Origin: Pseudomonadales bacterium
Lineage (GTDB): Bacteria; Pseudomonadota; Gammaproteobacteria; Pseudomonadales; GM7GCV1
DNA: 64,000 nt
Reading direction: 5' to 3'
NCBI GenBank assembly: GCA_965221105.1
Contig: OZ244871.1
Coordinates: 24,252 to 88,251, forward strand
A model generated the notes under the pieces. The model worked only from the letters and a program-made list of their open reading frames with translations. It searched no databases and was not told where the DNA came from. The stretch's first letter is position 1; every line of letters begins with the position of its first letter. Shown in pieces: positions 59,200-64,000 of this stretch. Both the position numbers and the translations under genes were made by a program.

Positions 59200-59548
59200 G
59201 TACCTTGATGGATCGCCGGGACGAAGTTGTGTGTGTCTTGATCAAGCACCGTCCATACAGCACCATTCTTCAGAGTGTTACACCGAGAGATCGACGGGGC
59301 AGCCTTTCTGCATAATGACATGGCGCAGGATGCGGTAATTCGCAACCTCGAGATGATCGGAGAAGCCAACCGCAACATCAGTCAACACTTCCCGGCGTTT
59401 GCGGACACCCACCCTGAACTGCCCTTGGCCTTCAGCATATGAGATGCGCAATGTGTTGGTGCACGGTTATTTCAAGGTTGAGCTGGCGATACTCTGGCAA
59501 ACCCTGGGAAAGGTCTATCCGAATTGCAGGCGCAAACACGGGCGGTTA
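59200..59548 (+). pseudogene. HepT/DUF86-type toxin remnant
   Basis: AAFLHNDMAQDAVIRNLEMIGEANRNISQHFPAFADTHPELP is followed, after a frame change, by AYEMRNVLVHGYFKVELAILWQTL. The N-terminus is scrambled. No MNT partner is recognisable upstream. Confidence 0.55.
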
Positions 59549-59759
59549 TAAAGGCTGAGAGACTGGATTCAGAATCCGATTCCTCCGATTGATGCGTGGT
59601 AGTAACCCTCCCCTATCAGAATTTCCTTGCTTTCCTGAATAGCAAACGCGCCTGAAATTGATGCACCTGGAAATCCAGCTTCCCACGAAAGTTAACACTC
59701 TCGGATCGAGCGGGATGTGGCGCAGGAGTTCTAGATCGATAAGGAACGAACTCTTTCTT

Positions 59760-60773
59760 TCAGGGAGTATTCTCCATGTCAATCACGAAGCGGTACTTGA
59801 CATTCTTCTGCTTAATTCGATGCTAGGCCTGGTTGATATAGTCCATGGAGATTATCCCAATATCTGCGACTACGCCATGTTCGGCGCAGAAGTTAACCAT
59901 TTCCTGGGTTTGCTCAATACCGCCAATCAGGGGGCCTGTTACAAATTTCTCTTCGTATGCCAGTATCCATCGGATTGAGCCTCAACTCATCCTCAGGTGC
60001 GCCGAGCAGGCAAATGCCGCCATCGTGCTTGAGCAGCGAAAGATAGGGAGTCAGCTCATGAACCGCAGAAATGGTATCGACAATAAAATCGAGGCTGCCG
60101 GCAGCCTCTCCCATGGCATTTGCATCGGTTGACAGGATAGCGCTATCGGCGCCTAAGTTTTGTGCGTCCGCGATCTTGCCAGTTGAGATGGTGATCATCA
60201 TGGGGGAAGCACCCAATGCCTTGATCATCTTGATAGCCGGATGGTCCAGGCCGACGACACCCACATGCTGGCCGGATCGAATGTGTCGCACGATGGGCCG
60301 GTAAACTGAAATGCCTCCACAGAGCAGCGGTGCTGCACCTGCGGGATCCATGTTTTCGGGGATCGAGACGCCACACTTTTCGTCAACGAGATAGTATTGG
60401 CTATACCCGCCCGGACTGGGTTCTCCCGAGATTTCATCGATACCCCCAAAGCTGAAAAAATCCTTTGCACAGTAGTGTTCATGGCCCTGACTACAGGCGT
60501 CACATTCCCCACAAAAGCCGGCTCAACAGCTCACACCAATCTTGTTGCCAAAGTCGAATCTGGTCGTCTCGCTGCCCCTTTGAGCCACCTTGCCGACAAT
60601 TCCATACACAGCACGATTGGGTACAGGACTTCTCCTGTGTGCCTCTTGGCAACACTGATATTTGAGTGGCAGATATCGCAATGGGATACTCTGATCAGAA
60701 CTTCATGATCCTCAGGTGTGCGTAAGTTCAGCGGCAGCGGCACCAGAAGCTCTGTCAGGTTCGGTGATGCCAT
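59760..60773 (-). pseudogene. zinc-type NADP-dependent alcohol dehydrogenase (YahK/cinnamyl-ADH-like), multiply disrupted
   Basis: The N-terminus has HCDICHS...YPIV. The middle has AAPLLCGGISVYRP and LGADS. The C-terminus reads [50 protein letters not shown]. There are at least three frames plus an in-frame TAG. Confidence 0.75.
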
Positions 60774-61058
60774 AGGCTTTTGTTTCCATGTCTTTTCCTC
60801 GGAGATAAGTATGAACTGTCTGGGAAAAGTATAATGGAGTCACTCATTTTCCAGGAACTATTGGTGGAGAGACTGTTGAGATTGGGGCGGAGAATAGCAT
60901 TCAGAGCAGACGGGTGAGAATACCGGTGCGTTGGCGAATTCCCGATGCACTGAAATACGTTCAAAACCTCCGGATGCCTGGATATCATGGAACATTTTAT
61001 TCTATTTTAAATTTTTATAAACAATTAGTTATACGTTTATTAGAGATTTTACTTTAAT

Positions 61059-62588
61059 ATGAGCAATATACGCTCCCTATTCCGGAAAGCCTGTGCTGAA
61101 CGCCTGAAGGAGACTTTTCTGCAGCTCCCTGATGGTCAGAGCCTGAGTTTTGGCGATATGGAACAGAGGGTGGCCAATTTGGCTGGAGTACTCCGCAAAC
61201 TTGGGTTGTCCGCCGATGACCGGGTCATGGCGTACATCCCCAAAACGCCTGACAGCCTCGCACTCTACCTAGCTGTATTGCAGATTGGCGCAATCTTCGC
61301 CCCCCTGAACACGGCATACACAGCGAGAGAACTTGAGTATTTCATTGAAGACGCTGAACCCGGGTTGCTGGTGTGTTCCGAAGATAATTATGCAGAAGTC
61401 GTAGCGGTGATTCAGGCCACAGAATGTGCCAGTAAACCCCTTGTACGTACCCTGGGTGGCAATACAGCTTCAGATGAGTCGCTGGAAGGGCTTTTGGTCG
61501 AGGCAGAGACTGTACACGACATACAGGGGCGCCTGGAAGATGATCTGGCCGCGCTTATGTACACCTCAGGTACAACGGGTCATCCCAAGGGTGCAATGAT
61601 TTCTCACGGAAACATGATCTCAAACGTCCGCGTCCTCCTGGAAGCCTGGGCACTTCAGCCTGAGGATGTTCTGATCCATGCCCTCCCCCTCTTTCACGTG
61701 CACGGCCTGTTCGTGGCCATGCATTGTGCCCTGCTCACAGCGTCCAGGGTGTTGTTTTATCCCAGGTTCGATGCCCAGCAGATCATTGCAGGATTGGCCG
61801 AGGCCACAATCATGATGGGCGTTCCGACGTTTTACACCCGATTACTCTCCAATCCGGATTTTGAATCTCTCCACTGCCAGGACATGCGCCTGTTTATTTC
61901 CGGCTCAGCACCCATGACCGAGCAGGTGCACGCCGCCTGGACTGAGCGAACCGGGCATCAGATTCTGGAACGCTATGGGATGACCGAGCTGGGCATGGTG
62001 ACGAGTAATCCCTGCGGGGGGCAACGCATTCCCGGCACCGTTGGCTACGCCCTTCCGGGGGTTGAAGTTCGCGTTGCTGATGACCGCGGTGTTGAGCTGC
62101 CTCGGGGCGAGATCGGGACACTTGAGGTCAGGGGCCCCAATGTGTTCAGAGGGTACTGGCGAAAACCTGAGTTGACCGCCTGTGAATTTCAGGATGATGG
62201 CTACTTTATAACCGGTGACCTGGCCTCCATGGACAGGGATGGCCGCGTATCCATTGTGGGCCGCGGCAGAGACCTGATTATTAGCGGTGGCTATAACGTG
62301 TATCCCGGAGAGATCGAGATGCTGCTGGACGAGTTGCCCGGTGTCCTTGAGTCGGCCGTCATCGGTGTTCCACACGATGATCTCGGAGAAGCGGTCTGTG
62401 CGGTGATTGTGCCTGAAAGCACGGATCTCACTACCAGCTCAGCGCAGGCGGCACTTGCCGGGAAGCTGGCGAGGTTCAAGCAGCCCAACCATTTTTATTT
62501 CGTTGAGGAACTCCCTCGCAATGCCATGGGGAAAGTGCAGAAGAACCTGCTGCGGGAACGCTATTCAGGAGCATCGGGCGATGGCTGA
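61059..62588 (+). CDS. matB: malonyl-CoA synthetase (AMP-forming acyl-CoA ligase)
   Basis: MYTSGTTGHPKGAMISHGN AMP-binding motif. Long collinear similarity to rhizobial MatB as recalled (LNTAYTARELEYFIEDAEP, LFISGSAP, ERYGMTE, GDLASMDRDGRVSIVGRGRDLIISGGYNVYP, PRNAMGKVQKNLLRERY). Confidence 0.8.
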   Translation: MSNIRSLFRKACAERLKETFLQLPDGQSLSFGDMEQRVANLAGVLRKLGLSADDRVMAYIPKTPDSLALYLAVLQIGAIFAPLNTAYTARELEYFIEDAEPGLLVCSEDNYAEVVAVIQATECASKPLVRTLGGNTASDESLEGLLVEAETVHDIQGRLEDDLAALMYTSGTTGHPKGAMISHGNMISNVRVLLEAWALQPEDVLIHALPLFHVHGLFVAMHCALLTASRVLFYPRFDAQQIIAGLAEATIMMGVPTFYTRLLSNPDFESLHCQDMRLFISGSAPMTEQVHAAWTERTGHQILERYGMTELGMVTSNPCGGQRIPGTVGYALPGVEVRVADDRGVELPRGEIGTLEVRGPNVFRGYWRKPELTACEFQDDGYFITGDLASMDRDGRVSIVGRGRDLIISGGYNVYPGEIEMLLDELPGVLESAVIGVPHDDLGEAVCAVIVPESTDLTTSSAQAALAGKLARFKQPNHFYFVEELPRNAMGKVQKNLLRERYSGASGDG

Positions 62589-62596
62589 GCCCTGCC

Positions 62597-63235
62597 CTAC
62601 CTGACTCTGGTCTTCATCCAGGACCGGATTCGGGGGAGCATCAAAAGCGCAAAAATCATCATGTATACCAGCGGGGAACGGTAGTCGGCCTTGGTCAGCC
62701 AGAAAAAGTGGAGTAGTGCCAGTCCGCCAACGAGGTATATGAGTTGGTGCAGACGGTTCCAGAGCTGCTTCAATCGGACTCTGGCTTTTCGCGTAGACGT
62801 GAGAACCAAGGGTATCAGCAAACAGAATGCTGTGAATCCCACAGTGATGTAAGGGCGTTCCAGCACGTCCTCGAATACCAGTATCAGGCTCAGATTCTGA
62901 TCCAGCAGGAAGTAGACAATGAAGTGACAGACTGCGTACAAGAAGCAATACAGCCCGAGCATACGGCGGAACTGGGTCAACCAGACCATGCCGGTCAGGC
63001 TGCGTAAAGGCGTGACTGCCAAAGTTGCCAGAAGCAGCCTCAGACTCCATTCACCGGTTTCGTGGGTAAGTTCCTCAACCGGGTTGATACCCAGCTCACC
63101 CGTGAAAAGCCGGTACAGAAGTCCTGCAAAGGGCGCAATCAGCAGCAGGTGGACACCGGGTTTGAGACGCCAGAGTATTGTTGCCGGAGACGGGCTCCAT
63201 CTCTTCATTACTTGAATCCATGCCAGCGGCTGCAT
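62597..63235 (-). CDS. msrQ: protein-methionine-sulfoxide reductase heme-binding subunit MsrQ (YedZ)
   Basis: Polytopic ferric-reductase-like membrane protein with conserved His residues (AVCHFIVY...LHFFW). Lies directly downstream of msrP. Confidence 0.8.
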   Translation of the reverse strand: MQPLAWIQVMKRWSPSPATILWRLKPGVHLLLIAPFAGLLYRLFTGELGINPVEELTHETGEWSLRLLLATLAVTPLRSLTGMVWLTQFRRMLGLYCFLYAVCHFIVYFLLDQNLSLILVFEDVLERPYITVGFTAFCLLIPLVLTSTRKARVRLKQLWNRLHQLIYLVGGLALLHFFWLTKADYRSPLVYMMIFALLMLPRIRSWMKTRVR

Positions 63236-63255
63236 AAAAAACCGGTGTAGCGCTC

Positions 63256-64000
63256 TCAGTAGTATTTCTTGAGGTTCATTCCCGCGTACAGTGAAGCGAC
63301 CTGGTCTCCATACCCGTTGAACATGAGGGTTTCGCGTTTAAAGAACTCGCCGATCCGTCGTTCCCTCCTCTGACTCCATCGGGGATGGTTGACGCTCGGG
63401 TTGACGTTGGAATAGAAGCCATACTCTCTTGGGGCAGACATATTCCAGGAGGTTTTCGGCTGGCTTCCGGTGAAACGAATTTTTACAATGGATTTTATGG
63501 ATTTGAACCCGTATTTCCATGGAACGACCAGCCGCAAGGGCGCACCATTCTGATTGGGAAGGACTTTTCCGTACAGTCCCACGACCATAAAGGCAAGGGG
63601 ATGCATGGCTTCATCCATCCGCAGACCCTCGCGGTATGGCCATTTCAGCACGGGGCGGCGTTGTCCTGGGAGGGGACGGTTGCGATCGTAGATGGTTTCA
63701 AAAGCAACATATTTTGCAGCTGAGTTGGGCTCAAAGCGCTTGAGCAGATCGGCGAGAGGGAAGCCCACCCATGGGATGACCATGGACCAGGCCTCGACAC
63801 AGCGCAGCCGGTAGATGCGCTCCTCAAAGGCATGGGGGCTCAGGATGTCTTCCAGGCTGTAGCTGCCGGGTTTGGCGCATTCCCCTTCTATGGTGACGGA
63901 CCAGGGGTCAGTTACCAGGGCCTCGGCATTGCGGGCCGGGTCGCCCTTGTCGGTGCCGAGTTCATAAAAATTGTTGTAGCCAGTGATTTCTTCCCAGGTA
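63256..64000 (-). CDS. msrP: protein-methionine-sulfoxide reductase molybdopterin subunit MsrP (YedY), N-terminus beyond the window
   Basis: The frame is open to the window edge. [18 protein letters not shown]...[23 protein letters not shown]...[21 protein letters not shown]. Confidence 0.85.
   Translation of the reverse strand, partial: TWEEITGYNNFYELGTDKGDPARNAEALVTDPWSVTIEGECAKPGSYSLEDILSPHAFEERIYRLRCVEAWSMVIPWVGFPLADLLKRFEPNSAAKYVAFETIYDRNRPLPGQRRPVLKWPYREGLRMDEAMHPLAFMVVGLYGKVLPNQNGAPLRLVVPWKYGFKSIKSIVKIRFTGSQPKTSWNMSAPREYGFYSNVNPSVNHPRWSQRRERRIGEFFKRETLMFNGYGDQVASLYAGMNLKKYY

Overview
This is a 64-kb gammaproteobacterial-type chromosomal window of mid-range GC (judged by eye). All calls come from reading the sequence and ORF translations and from motif recall; no searches were run.

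**1-23.6 kb:** a textbook, tightly packed housekeeping block: rpsB-tsf-pyrH-frr-uppS-cdsA-dxr-rseP-bamA-skp-lpxD-fabZ-lpxA-lpxB-rnhB-dnaE-tilS-pyrG-kdsA-eno.

**24.5-33.4 kb:** a remodelled TCA cluster, gltA / sdhA-sdhB-lpdA-sucC-sucD. The expected sdhCD and sucAB are absent. An approximately 885-nt ORF-less group II intron sits where sdhCD is expected. It has an intact-looking domain V/VI and its 3' end lies 5 nt before the sdhA ATG. This is the strongest lead in the window.

**33.4-64 kb:** conserved genes (htpG, aroC, tRNA-Ala, mdh, bcp, yajC, purC, matB, msrQP, miaE) alternate with visibly GC-richer mobile-element debris:
- decayed IS110, ISKra4-like and IS630-like copies
- one frameshifted IS630 with clear inverted repeats
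- one apparently intact IS1634-type transposase

A 5-kb stretch (55.8-60.8 kb) holds decaying toxin-antitoxin/defence and metabolic genes: an orphan AbiEi, frameshifted ParE with ParD, a ParDE deletion-fusion, a HepT remnant and an ADH pseudogene.

Other leads:
- a miaE-glycosyltransferase pair
- three 22-bp-phased direct repeats upstream of a DUF4143 ATPase
- an 18-bp perfect repeat tied to tRNA-Ala and a tRNA-like stub
- a candidate bridge-RNA region in the decayed IS110

No CRISPR array or rRNA was seen.
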